Shown here piece by piece: positions 45,201 through 52,613 of a DNA stretch of 64,000 nt; the first letter of the stretch is position 1; every line of letters begins with the position of its first letter. A program made the translations under genes and the position numbers. The DNA is from Acidimicrobiia bacterium (GTDB lineage Bacteria; Actinomycetota; Acidimicrobiia; IMCC26256; JAMXLJ01). The stretch spans positions 23,454 to 87,453 of the forward strand of contig DATBEZ010000031.1 of the NCBI GenBank assembly GCA_036558745.1, written 5' to 3'. The notes beneath the pieces were generated by a model. It was not told the origin of the DNA and made no database searches. It worked only from the letters and a program-made list of their open reading frames with translations.

Positions 45201-46239
45201 TCGTCTCCGCGTCCTGCTTCACCGGGACGACGCGACACTGCGGGCAGTACCCGACGCTGCCGAAGCCGTTGTCGCCGACGCCGCCGATGCGCGAGATCAG
45301 ACCGGGCGCGTGGTTGTAGGCGAAGTCCTCGGTCTGCGGATCGTTGCTGTTGCGCTCGAAGTTCCAGCCCGAGATGTCGTTCGGGTACCCGTTGCCGTCG
45401 TTGTCGACGTGCAGGCCCGAGCGACAGGTGCGCACCCGGCCGCCGGCGATGCGGCAGTCGCCGAACACCGCGATCAGGTCCTCGGGTGAGAGGTACGGCG
45501 TCAGCACGCCACCGACGTGCACCGAGTGCAGGTACGGGTGCGTCCCACCCGCGACACACGACCGCGTGGTTCCTTCCGCGCGAGTGACGAACGGCGCGAC
45601 GCCGGGCGCGCAGGGCGGATTGACGCGCGGGTCCTGCGCCCAGTCGGCGATGTCGAAGCGTCCGTCGTGGTTCAGGTCGTACGTGCCCGCGTCGTGGCCG
45701 TCGGCGCGCTCCGGGTACGGGAGCTCGCCCGCGTTCAGCCAGACGTTGTCGAGCCCGTCCTTGATCCCGTCGCTCGAGTAATTCACGCCACCTTCGATGT
45801 AGGCGACGAGCACGTCGTGGCCGAGGTTGCCCTGCGTCCACGCGCCAGGGAGGTTCATGCCGGCCGCGTGCTGCGGGTCCTTCGCGAGCGGCGCGAAGCA
45901 CGGCAGACCCTGGTCCGGGCGGGGCAGCGTCGCCAGGCCGGTGGCGGGGTCGATGCACGGTCCCGTGAGCGGGCCGTAGAGGCCCCAGTTGCTCGAGTCG
46001 CTGCCACCGCAGCCGGGATCGTTCGCCGACTGGCAGTGGGTGTAGCCGGGATCGTTCGGTTGGCCGGTCGCCACCGTCGACTGGTCGACTTCGCCGCCGC
46101 CTCCCGTGCTCCGCCCAGGCGTCCGCTGCATCTCCTGGGCGGCCGTCGCGGCGGGGATCGTCACCCCGGCGACCAGCGCGGTCGCGACCGCGACGACGGC
46201 GGCCGTGCGGCGCGCTGGCGTGAAGCGACCCGTACGCAT
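42262..46239 (-). CDS. secreted S8 (subtilisin-like) peptidase domain fused to FG-GAP/beta-propeller-like repeats
   Basis: 1325 aa from ATG 46239 (GGAGGGGGAG RBS). The signal peptide is TAAVVAVATALVAGVTIPAATAAQE. S8-like blocks are HVDNDGNGYPNDISGWNF, NHAPGLISRIGG and SFEGGSTSAATP. A repeated motif occurs as LVYAWRPDGSSVPGFPV, LYVWDAHGRRLPGFPV, LYAWRPDGTPVPGWPV and VHAYRADGSEASGFPK. Confidence 0.8.
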   Translation of the reverse strand: MRTGRFTPARRTAAVVAVATALVAGVTIPAATAAQEMQRTPGRSTGGGGEVDQSTVATGQPNDPGYTHCQSANDPGCGGSDSSNWGLYGPLTGPCIDPATGLATLPRPDQGLPCFAPLAKDPQHAAGMNLPGAWTQGNLGHDVLVAYIEGGVNYSSDGIKDGLDNVWLNAGELPYPERADGHDAGTYDLNHDGRFDIADWAQDPRVNPPCAPGVAPFVTRAEGTTRSCVAGGTHPYLHSVHVGGVLTPYLSPEDLIAVFGDCRIAGGRVRTCRSGLHVDNDGNGYPNDISGWNFERNSNDPQTEDFAYNHAPGLISRIGGVGDNGFGSVGYCPQCRVVPVKQDAETIGRSDRFAEAILYATDIGAKAISAVVVNDAYSSIDQAAVDYAWSRGVAMSFDSNDFDSMDHTNGMYFDHVVPGNSLTVDNDGGPGNDARWYRARSNVTSYGTHNVFSFEGGSTSAATPTGAAALAMVASAGLEARDRHVIPGPLDPDEIKQVLMDTASTVDPTQAPPGTTPQWPGNPGSHTDATHTAWSTQYGYGRPDLGAATAMVLAGRIPPRAVLTGPRWYDYVDPVQTPRLDVTGQVARSSVGSGGSAHYVLEWALGADPADSAFHTVASGTVGRGQDRDARAVARRLGTIDLRQVPASFYDHAPSTTLQPDGAEQYTMTIRLRVVDANGTKAEDRRAIHLRHDPTLSPGFPKTVQRADGGPPAAADLEGRHELDVIDATNDGLVYAWRPDGSSVPGFPVRSDRLADIDPANPQNLRAPAYREPIFRNASDPLGGGVAVGDLFRDGRLEVAATSTNGDLYVWDAHGRRLPGFPVHTDPSRWSLPVPTPAAPESHSRLPQRGNWSPPVLADLEGTGHLDLLMSAFDGRLYAWRPDGTPVPGWPVEIKLPDATRAALGTAYIRDPKLVFPAGVADVLHTGRPQVFVSSFESGGNRSYLYGIWPDGNDHPGGPFLPGWPATVPALQGTYDQSIDFVGEGNAAPVFVDIAGATRIVTASVFGFPLVLNGNGTTFENLDPTCAGAACTSPAQYRVPDGLTLEITGMGGAGDLDGDGHPEYVASQLGLTSLTTALGQAGTALLPQAYEKAWTLATGARVAGFPARQDGFTFFTSPVVGNVDGSAGRAAIEGNDNYFVHAYRADGSEASGFPKYTGGWELAAGLLYDPHLDGHLHYLQTTREGFVFDWTTTGDATRNDAWWRYRHDERNTGDTRADTRRPAVLADLHVDDGVLRWHAPGDDGVVGTAAAYTFVWSSSRNGPRGLLSPPVPAIAGTPQELPLPAGLPRHGPVWVTAWSRDDAGNLSAPAVACIRGCSTSTRPAT

Positions 46240-46390
46240 CCCGGCTCCCCCTCCCGCCGGTATCCCCCGGGCCGGCGGGATCCCATGTGTAGCCCAGCCC
46301 ACTGCCGGGCGTCACCCTGCGCGGCCCCCGGGTCACGACCACGGAACGTGATGTATTGACCGCCACACGTCTGGTCGTCACACTGCCGCC

Positions 46391-46744
46391 ATGACGGCGA
46401 TGCTCGAACGGCCGGTCGGGTCACCGGCGCAGGTTGCGGTGGAACGCCGGCGCGAGGGTGGTGCGTGCCACCTCACCATCACCGGCGAGATCGACGCGAC
46501 GACCGCGCTGCTCGTCGCCGACGGCCTGGCCCGGGCCCTCGACTCCGGTGCGGCGCGCGTCTACGTCGAGCTCGCGGGTGTGACGTTCTGTGACGCGTCG
46601 GGACTCGGCCTGCTGATCGACGCGCGTCGCGAGGCGCGTCAACGCGGTCTCAGGCTCGTGCTCGTCGCACCGGCCGCACCCGTGCGCCGTCTGCTCGATC
46701 TCACCGAGCTCGATGCGCGCTTCGTCATCAACGCGGCGGTGTGA
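46391..46744 (+). CDS. STAS-domain protein (anti-sigma-factor antagonist, SpoIIAA-like)
   Basis: 117 aa: [19 protein letters not shown]...[24 protein letters not shown]...[17 protein letters not shown], the canonical STAS pattern including the DxSG serine. Confidence 0.8.
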   Translation: MTAMLERPVGSPAQVAVERRREGGACHLTITGEIDATTALLVADGLARALDSGAARVYVELAGVTFCDASGLGLLIDARREARQRGLRLVLVAPAAPVRRLLDLTELDARFVINAAV

Positions 46745-46898
46745 AGCAACCGTCGCCCACGAGCGGAAGCTGACGGGCTCCCTCCGCGCCTTTCAGGACG
46801 TTCGTCGCAACTCTCGTCGTTCAGGTTCAGCACGCGCCGCGCGCTGCCGAGCTTCGACGGACCAACGGCCTTGCACGGCCGCGTCCCGAGGAGACCCG

Positions 46899-48029
46899 AT
46901 GAGCATCAGCGCCTTGACCCGTCGCACTGCCGGCCGCGAGCTGCTGAGCTCACCCGCTGTCGTGCGCGCCGCCCTCGACAGCGTGCAGACGAACGTGTTC
47001 GTCGCCGACCTCGAGCTCAACCTCGTCTACATGAACCGTCGTGCGACGGAGACCGTACAGACCATCGAGGCAGAGATCCGCTCCTCGTTCCATGTGGCGT
47101 GGAACGACCTCGTCGGCGGGACCATCCACCGCTTCCACCGCGACCCCGCGCGCGTCGAGCGCATCCTCCGCGACCCGTCGAGCTTTCCGCACCACGCGAC
47201 GTTCGACTTCGGCGCGGTGACGCTGCGCACGACGATCAACGGCATCTTCGACGACGCGGGCACACTGCACGGCTACGTCGTCGCGTGGGACGACGTCACC
47301 GCGCAGCAGCGGGTCGAGGCGCACGCGCAGGAGCTCGCCCAGCAGCTCGAGGGCGCGTCGACCCGCCTGACCGACGTCGCGGTGCAGCTCGGCGCGACCG
47401 CCGAGGAGGCCGCGAGCCAGGCGGAGACGGTGTCGGCCGGTGCGGAGGAGATGACCGCGAGCGTCCACGAGATCGCCCAGACGACCGCGACCGCGGCGCA
47501 GGTCGCGTCGGACGCGGTCTCGGTCGCCGACAAGACGACCACCACGGTCGAGGAGCTCGGACGTTCGAGCCAGGAGGTCTCCGAGGTCGTGAACCTCATC
47601 ACCTCGATCGCCGAGCAGACGAACCTGCTGGCGCTCAACGCGACGATCGAGGCTGCGCGCGCGGGCGAGTCGGGCAAGGGCTTCGCGGTGGTGGCGAACG
47701 AGGTCAAGGAGCTCGCGAACGAGACCGCGCGTGCGACGGAGGACATCAGCCGCAAGATCGAGGCGATCCAGGCCGCGTCGGGCGAAGCCGTCGGCGCGAT
47801 CGGCCGGATCGCCGAGATCATCGCTCAGATCCACGACCTCCAGACGACGGTCGCAGGCGCGGTCGAGGAGCAGGCGGCGACCACGAACGAGATCACGTCG
47901 AACATCACCGGCGTCGCGACCGCCGCCGGTGAGACATCGAGCGCCACCACGACGATCCAGGACGCCGCGGCCGAGCTGTCGGAGCGCGCGTCCGAGCTGA
48001 ACCGGATCGTCAGCCACACCGACGACTGA
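46899..48029 (+). CDS. soluble methyl-accepting chemotaxis protein (PAS-like sensor + MCP signalling domain)
   Basis: 376 aa from ATG 46899 (GAGGAG 6 nt upstream). There are no TM helices. It has an N-terminal PAS-like fold and the highly conserved MCP hairpin tip [38 protein letters not shown]. Confidence 0.85.
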   Translation: MSISALTRRTAGRELLSSPAVVRAALDSVQTNVFVADLELNLVYMNRRATETVQTIEAEIRSSFHVAWNDLVGGTIHRFHRDPARVERILRDPSSFPHHATFDFGAVTLRTTINGIFDDAGTLHGYVVAWDDVTAQQRVEAHAQELAQQLEGASTRLTDVAVQLGATAEEAASQAETVSAGAEEMTASVHEIAQTTATAAQVASDAVSVADKTTTTVEELGRSSQEVSEVVNLITSIAEQTNLLALNATIEAARAGESGKGFAVVANEVKELANETARATEDISRKIEAIQAASGEAVGAIGRIAEIIAQIHDLQTTVAGAVEEQAATTNEITSNITGVATAAGETSSATTTIQDAAAELSERASELNRIVSHTDD

Positions 48030-48060
48030 CACCGCGTTCGTCACCGACCGCAGACGCGCT

Positions 48061-48091
48061 TCGAGGGCCCGGTGCGGAACCGGGCCCCCGA
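48061..48091. terminator. GC-rich hairpin between convergent genes (candidate bidirectional, U-tract-less terminator)
   Basis: A perfect 8-bp stem (GGGCCCGG at 48065-48072, CCGGGCCC at 48080-48087) with a 7-nt loop, extendable with one mismatch. It sits between stop codons at 48029 (+) and 48114 (-). There is no T-run. Confidence 0.4.
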
Positions 48092-48113
48092 GATGCGCGT
48101 TGCGTGTGGTCGC

Positions 48114-49211
48114 TTACAGAGGAGTCGGGTTCTTCCGGCAGGAGCTGTTCGGAAGGCCCGGACCGGCAGGCGCCATGGGCAGCGGCGTGAAGCCGTAGGC
48201 GAGCAGCGTGAAGCCCACCTGCGGGTTGCCGTTGCACATCCAGCCGTTGTGCGTCGAGTCCACGCCCGCGAAGTTGATCGCGGCCGCGAGGGACTTGTCG
48301 GTCTGCTTGATCACGTTGTACACGTACCGGCGCCCGAAGAAGGTGCCGTTGTTGATCGTCGTCGTGGACGGCGCCACGCCGTTGATGCTGCCGAGCACCG
48401 CACCACCGCGGATGTCGGGCGAGATGCCGTTGCTCTGGGCGGTCCAGTTCGCGAAGGAGTAGGGCAGGATCGCGTTGGTCTTGTCACCCGCGGCAACCTG
48501 GTTCCCGCTGTTCTCCTCGATCCGGATGGGGTGGACGTTGCACGACGAGTCGTCGAGGACGCCCTGCTGCGCGCTCGAGAGACCGAGGATCTTGGTCTCG
48601 AAGAACGACAGCGTGCCCGAGCCCGTCTGGGGCAGGTAGCGCACGATCGCACCGTTGGCGCCGCCGACCTGGTTCCAGTTCGTGATCGTCGGGTTCCCAC
48701 CGTTGGTGCAGAGGTAGATGCCCTGCAGCTGCGCGAGGGTCAGGTTCGACGGGGCGTTCCCCGTGTAGTGGGCCCAGCTCACCGCGTCGATCGCGTACGC
48801 GTAGAAGTCGATCGTGGACGGGTCGGTACCGCTCCGGCCACGCGACGAGCGCGCAAGGTCGACGTTGCAGTTCGTGCCGTCACCGGTCAGGGCGCTGATG
48901 CCGGCGCTGGAGCCGTTCGGGGGCAGGTTGCTCGGGTTGTTGTAGTTGAACGCGCCACAGTTGTTGTCACCAGGGACCGCGAAGTTGCCCGGCGGGATCA
49001 CCGGCGGGACGTTGGTGACCGTGTCGTGGTTCGCGTTCACCGTGCTCGACGAATGGGTGTTGTAGTAGCTCGCCAGGTTGCCCATGACCCCGACGGTGGT
49101 GTCGGAGCCGACGAGCGCAAGGGACTGCGGTTGCGGTCCACACCCGGCGAGCAGCATTGGCATCGCCACCGCCGCAACGCCGAGCGCGGCGAACCGAAAC
49201 AGTTTGTGCAA
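48114..49211 (-). CDS. PstS-family (PBP_like_2) substrate-binding lipoprotein, Cys-rich
   Basis: ORF 48114..49244 trimmed to TTG 49211 because AAGGAGAGGG lies 3 nt upstream. The signal with lipobox is HKLFRFAALGVAAVAMPMLLAGC. PBP motifs are GSDTT, GSSAGISAL...VDLARSSR and LPQTGSGT. Several Cys residues lie in the mature part. Confidence 0.75.
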   Translation of the reverse strand: MHKLFRFAALGVAAVAMPMLLAGCGPQPQSLALVGSDTTVGVMGNLASYYNTHSSSTVNANHDTVTNVPPVIPPGNFAVPGDNNCGAFNYNNPSNLPPNGSSAGISALTGDGTNCNVDLARSSRGRSGTDPSTIDFYAYAIDAVSWAHYTGNAPSNLTLAQLQGIYLCTNGGNPTITNWNQVGGANGAIVRYLPQTGSGTLSFFETKILGLSSAQQGVLDDSSCNVHPIRIEENSGNQVAAGDKTNAILPYSFANWTAQSNGISPDIRGGAVLGSINGVAPSTTTINNGTFFGRRYVYNVIKQTDKSLAAAINFAGVDSTHNGWMCNGNPQVGFTLLAYGFTPLPMAPAGPGLPNSSCRKNPTPL

Positions 49212-49416
49212 GAGCCCTCTCCTTGAGTCAACGGGCTTCACCACCCGCCGGAACGACGCCTTCGGGCGTCACGCGTGTTCTAAACCGGCGAGATGAAACG
49301 CAGACCACCGACGGCGGAGCGGTACTTGAACAACAGACCTCGACTTGTGTGCATCGCGACCTGCACGGACACGCGCGCGTCGCACGAGTGTGCACGAGCG
49401 CGTGCGCGCGGTCGCG

Positions 49417-50382
49417 TCACAGGGTCGACGGCAGGACCGGTGTGAGGCTGTCGAACACGAGCAATAGCAACAATGCGAGCACGGGGGTCGTCACGAGCCA
49501 CGTGTTCCACCGACCCCATCGCCGGTACGCCCACGCCGCGCCGACTGCAGCGACCAGCAACAGCTCGGTCCACAGCACGAGCGACAACATGGTCGAGCCG
49601 TCACTCTGTAAGCCCAACTCCTGGTCGCTCACCTCGTTGGGTCGCCCGATCGGTGTCAGCTTGGGCGTGCCGCGCAACGTGGCCCGCACGACGAGTCGAC
49701 GCTCGGCGAAGAGCTCGGGTGACGACGTCACCAACGCCAGCCGGTTGCCCGAGCCCTTGGCCAACACGTCGGTGCCCTTGCGGTTCGTCGTGTGCACGTC
49801 GTCGACGACGTATGTGAACTTCCCCTGTCCGGTCGACGCGCGGATGAGATCGCCCTCGCGGAGCCTGCCGACGTTGCGGAAGGGTCCCCCGTACGCGACG
49901 CGCCGGCCCATGATGACGACGTTGCCCCGCTGCCCGGGCAACGGTGACGTCCGAAGGTGGCCCGGGCCCTGCTTCAGCAACGCGCCGTTCGTCCCCTCGA
50001 CCACCGCCGCGTGCAGGTGCAGGCGCGGGATCTCGAGCATCGCGACCGGTGTTCCTGGCATGATGCGGCCGCCGATCGGGGCGATGCCCGCGGAGAGGTT
50101 GCTGCCAATGATCTTGGTGAGGGTGCGTTGCGTGCGCCCGTACTCGAGCCGGCTGGCGCCGACGAGGTAGAGGAAGTACGCGAGGACCACGAGCCCGAAG
50201 ATCGTGAGGCCGAGCCCGAGCACGCGCATGACGTCGTGCTTGGCCGTCCGCTGTCGCTCACGACGCTCGTGACGCGGCCCCTTCGGCGCCGGTCCCGGTG
50301 GGGGCTCGGGCTCGACGATCTCGGGCGGGATCTCGGTTGTTCCGGGGGGCAGGGGCGCCCAGACCGCGTCGAGATCGGTCAC
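49417..50382 (-). CDS. class-E-sortase-like membrane protein lacking the catalytic His and Cys (putative pseudo-sortase)
   Basis: 321 aa from GTG 50382 (GTGA overlap with the upstream stop). It has an N-terminal TM, then LEIPRLHLHAAVVEGT...GPGHL...GNVVIMGRRVAYGGPF...RLALVTSSPELFAERRLVVRA, colinear with sortase blocks. R replaces the active-site H, S replaces C, and there is no cysteine anywhere. Two extra C-terminal TM helices are present. Confidence 0.75.
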   Translation of the reverse strand: MTDLDAVWAPLPPGTTEIPPEIVEPEPPPGPAPKGPRHERRERQRTAKHDVMRVLGLGLTIFGLVVLAYFLYLVGASRLEYGRTQRTLTKIIGSNLSAGIAPIGGRIMPGTPVAMLEIPRLHLHAAVVEGTNGALLKQGPGHLRTSPLPGQRGNVVIMGRRVAYGGPFRNVGRLREGDLIRASTGQGKFTYVVDDVHTTNRKGTDVLAKGSGNRLALVTSSPELFAERRLVVRATLRGTPKLTPIGRPNEVSDQELGLQSDGSTMLSLVLWTELLLVAAVGAAWAYRRWGRWNTWLVTTPVLALLLLLVFDSLTPVLPSTL

Positions 50383-52445
50383 GGACCCGACCCGTTCGCG
50401 CTCGCGGCCGTCGCCGGCGCAGGGGCGCGCTGCTTCTTGCCACGCGACCGCCACGTCAGCACGGGACCACCGATCAGCGCGACGAGGCCGAGCGCGAAGA
50501 GGCCGGGCAGCAGCAGTTGATGGTCGCCACCGAGGAAGTCGCGCAGCGCGCCCACGATGAAGTTGGGCGACGGCTTGCGCGCGCTCGACGCGAGCGCGGC
50601 ACCGTGTGTCGAGCCGTCCACGGAGATCGACGCCGCCGACGCGAGCGAGGAGCTGTCACCGTCACCACCGCCCGACGCAGCGCCGAGGTCCGACGACGCG
50701 CCCGCGTCGCCGGAACCCTGGTCCACGGGCGCGCCCGCGTCGTTCGTCTGCGGCGGCGCGGCGACGTTGCCGACCTGGTTGACGACCGCGTCGCGCGCCT
50801 TGGCGTCCTGGGCGACGAGATCGGCGGGCAACGGGACGTAGCCGGGCGGGAGCACGCCGGCCCGTTGCCCCGGGCCCGACACGTCGTCGAGGAACTGCCC
50901 GATCTTCGCGGCCTTGGTCGGTGAGATCCCGCCGGTCGGCAGCATCGCGTAGTCGACCTTCACGAGCGGGTACACGCCCGGCGCGGTGACGTCGGGGAAC
51001 TTCGTGATCTTGTCGGGGTTGGTCGTCATCTTCGTGTACGCGGCGGCGAGGTTCGGCAGGTCGGCGGGGACGCCGGACGCACCCGGTGGCGCGTTGGCCG
51101 GCACGAGCTTGGCGGTGGGGATCGCGAAGGAGCGCGCCGTGACCGCGTCGAGCACGCCGAAGACGCCGTCGACGCCGGCGGTGGGTGAGATGCCGTCGCC
51201 GGGCGGCAGGAACTGGAACAGGCGGCGCACGTTGGTCAGCGTGCTCGTCAGCGGCTGGTACGCGCCCTGTGCGTCGGGGTCCCGGGCCTCGAACACGTCG
51301 GTCGGGTAGGTGACGCCCTTCCAGAACGAGTCCGGCTGCGCGCTCGGATCCTTGCCGTCGAGGAAGGCGCGAGCCCGCGCGTCACGCTGCAGCCAGCTCG
51401 TGAGCACGAAGGCATCGGCGTTGGGCTCGGCCCGCAGGAGTGGCGCCTCCGCGTTCGAGGGCCAGTGATGACCGGGGTTGAGCGCGAGGAATTCGGGGTC
51501 GTTGAAGATGTTGTTCCCGGAGCCGAGCGGGAACTGCCATCCGGCAATGAGCTCGGCGACGAGACGCGGCGTGAGCGTCATGTCGCCGATGCGTTGACCG
51601 GTCGTCGGGTCGGTCGCGTTGAACCCGATCACCACGCCGGTGACGTCGATCGGCGCGTAGGTGTACGGACGGTTCGTGCCCTTGAGCTGGTCGGCCGAGG
51701 CCGGCATCGACGTGATCGCCACGTCGCTGTTTCCCTGCAGGAAGTTGCTGCGCGCCTCCGGTGAGCCCTGGTTCGTGTAGTCGATCGACAACGGCTTGGC
51801 GCCCGTGCAGGTGATCGCGCCCCACGCGAGCAACGCCGTGGCGGCCGAGTCCTCGCCGATCGCGGCGACGTCGGGCGTCTTCACCTGCGGGCAGTCCCGC
51901 GTGCTCGGCGCGAACCGCAGGGGCGTCGTCACCGCGCTCACGGGCAGGCCGTTGGGTGGCGGGACCGTGCCGTCGGCCTCGTACGCGAGGAGCGAGCACG
52001 GGTTCTGAGCGGAGCAGTCGAGGTCGGGCAGCTGCAGCGAGGGGCGAACTTCGATGAATGCCGTGCCTGTGCCGTCGGGTTGGGTCCGCGCCGCGAACAC
52101 ACCCGACCCGTTCGCGTCGTTCGACCCGTTGGGATAGGGGAACACGTCGAAGCAGTCGTTGAGGGACTTGGGGTTGGCCTTGCACTGCACGACCGTCACC
52201 GTGAACGCGCCGGTGACGTCGGTCGGGTCGAAGCCCGTCCAGTGCACCTCGACGACCTGGTCGCTGAGCCCCGTCGCGGGCGTCGCCGTCAACGTGCGCG
52301 GCCCGGCGGCGGACGCGCGCGCCGGACGTTGCGCGAACCCCGCGAGGAGGCCGGCGAGCACGATGACGCACACAAGAAGCGCGCGTCGCGAATTCGGTCG
52401 CGGCACCGCGTTCGGTCGCGAAGCGGCACGCCCACCTCCCGGCAT
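50379..52445 (-). CDS. surface protein: neocarzinostatin-like Ig domain + PstS-like periplasmic-binding domain + low-complexity linker + C-terminal TM anchor
   Basis: The signal peptide is RRALLVCVIVLAGLLAGFAQRPARASA. The NCS-like block is LTATPATGLSDQVVEVHWTGFDP...VTVVQCKANP...CSLLAYEADG. The PBP block is IDYTNQGSPEARSNFLQGNSDVAITSMP. The tail is an A/G/S/D-rich linker, then LLLPGLFALGLVALIGGPVLTW RSRGKKQR. The start is ATG 52445 or ATG 52502, and neither has an RBS. Confidence 0.7.
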   Translation of the reverse strand: MPGGGRAASRPNAVPRPNSRRALLVCVIVLAGLLAGFAQRPARASAAGPRTLTATPATGLSDQVVEVHWTGFDPTDVTGAFTVTVVQCKANPKSLNDCFDVFPYPNGSNDANGSGVFAARTQPDGTGTAFIEVRPSLQLPDLDCSAQNPCSLLAYEADGTVPPPNGLPVSAVTTPLRFAPSTRDCPQVKTPDVAAIGEDSAATALLAWGAITCTGAKPLSIDYTNQGSPEARSNFLQGNSDVAITSMPASADQLKGTNRPYTYAPIDVTGVVIGFNATDPTTGQRIGDMTLTPRLVAELIAGWQFPLGSGNNIFNDPEFLALNPGHHWPSNAEAPLLRAEPNADAFVLTSWLQRDARARAFLDGKDPSAQPDSFWKGVTYPTDVFEARDPDAQGAYQPLTSTLTNVRRLFQFLPPGDGISPTAGVDGVFGVLDAVTARSFAIPTAKLVPANAPPGASGVPADLPNLAAAYTKMTTNPDKITKFPDVTAPGVYPLVKVDYAMLPTGGISPTKAAKIGQFLDDVSGPGQRAGVLPPGYVPLPADLVAQDAKARDAVVNQVGNVAAPPQTNDAGAPVDQGSGDAGASSDLGAASGGGDGDSSSLASAASISVDGSTHGAALASSARKPSPNFIVGALRDFLGGDHQLLLPGLFALGLVALIGGPVLTWRSRGKKQRAPAPATAASANGSGP

Positions 52446-52613
52446 GTGAAAGAAGTAACACGACCGCGCGAGTCGATCGCGTGGCCGCCGTTCTGGATTC
52501 ATCTGTAGTTCGCGGTTGCGTCACATCGGTTCTTTACAGTCCGGCCGTCGCACGCCGCATGAGCGTCGTCGACGCGCGCGTCGTCTGTGCGCGGAGTGGG
52601 GAGGCAGGACTAC

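Noticed and set aside
41743-45489. 1248-aa plus-strand ORF antisense to the S8 peptidase gene. There are similar long ORFs elsewhere, e.g. 62152..63981 (-), 9376..12084 (+), 54207..56741 (-), 25510..27402 (+), 28239..30440 (+).
   Set aside because: Their translations are dominated by Arg, Gly, Ala, Pro, Asp and His runs with no recognisable domains. They lie opposite genes with clear family signatures and G/C-rich third positions. Long stop-free antisense frames are expected at this GC content.
46240-46390. A possible sigma-70-like promoter (TTGACC-n16-TCACAC) upstream of the STAS gene. Also a TAGATT -10-like hexamer at about 30383 upstream of the BY-kinase gene.
   Set aside because: These are single weak hexamer matches without supporting -35/-10 spacing or conservation, so I did not report them as features.
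48114-49416. Locally lower GC of the PstS-like lipoprotein gene and its upstream spacer (and of the beta-helix gene 34363..35577), considered as a sign of horizontal transfer.
   Set aside because: Both proteins are secreted and rich in Asn, Ser, Thr and Gly, which lowers GC at the first two codon positions. Third positions remain G/C-biased, and there are no flanking integrase, tRNA or direct-repeat scars.
50379-50520. The C-terminal hydrophobic helix plus basic tail of the NCS-PBP protein (and of PstS at about 57020..57125), considered as true sortase sorting signals.
   Set aside because: No LPXTG/LAXTG-like pentapeptide precedes either helix, so they are more simply read as stop-transfer membrane anchors. 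I kept the idea only as a hypothesis linked to the pseudo-sortase.
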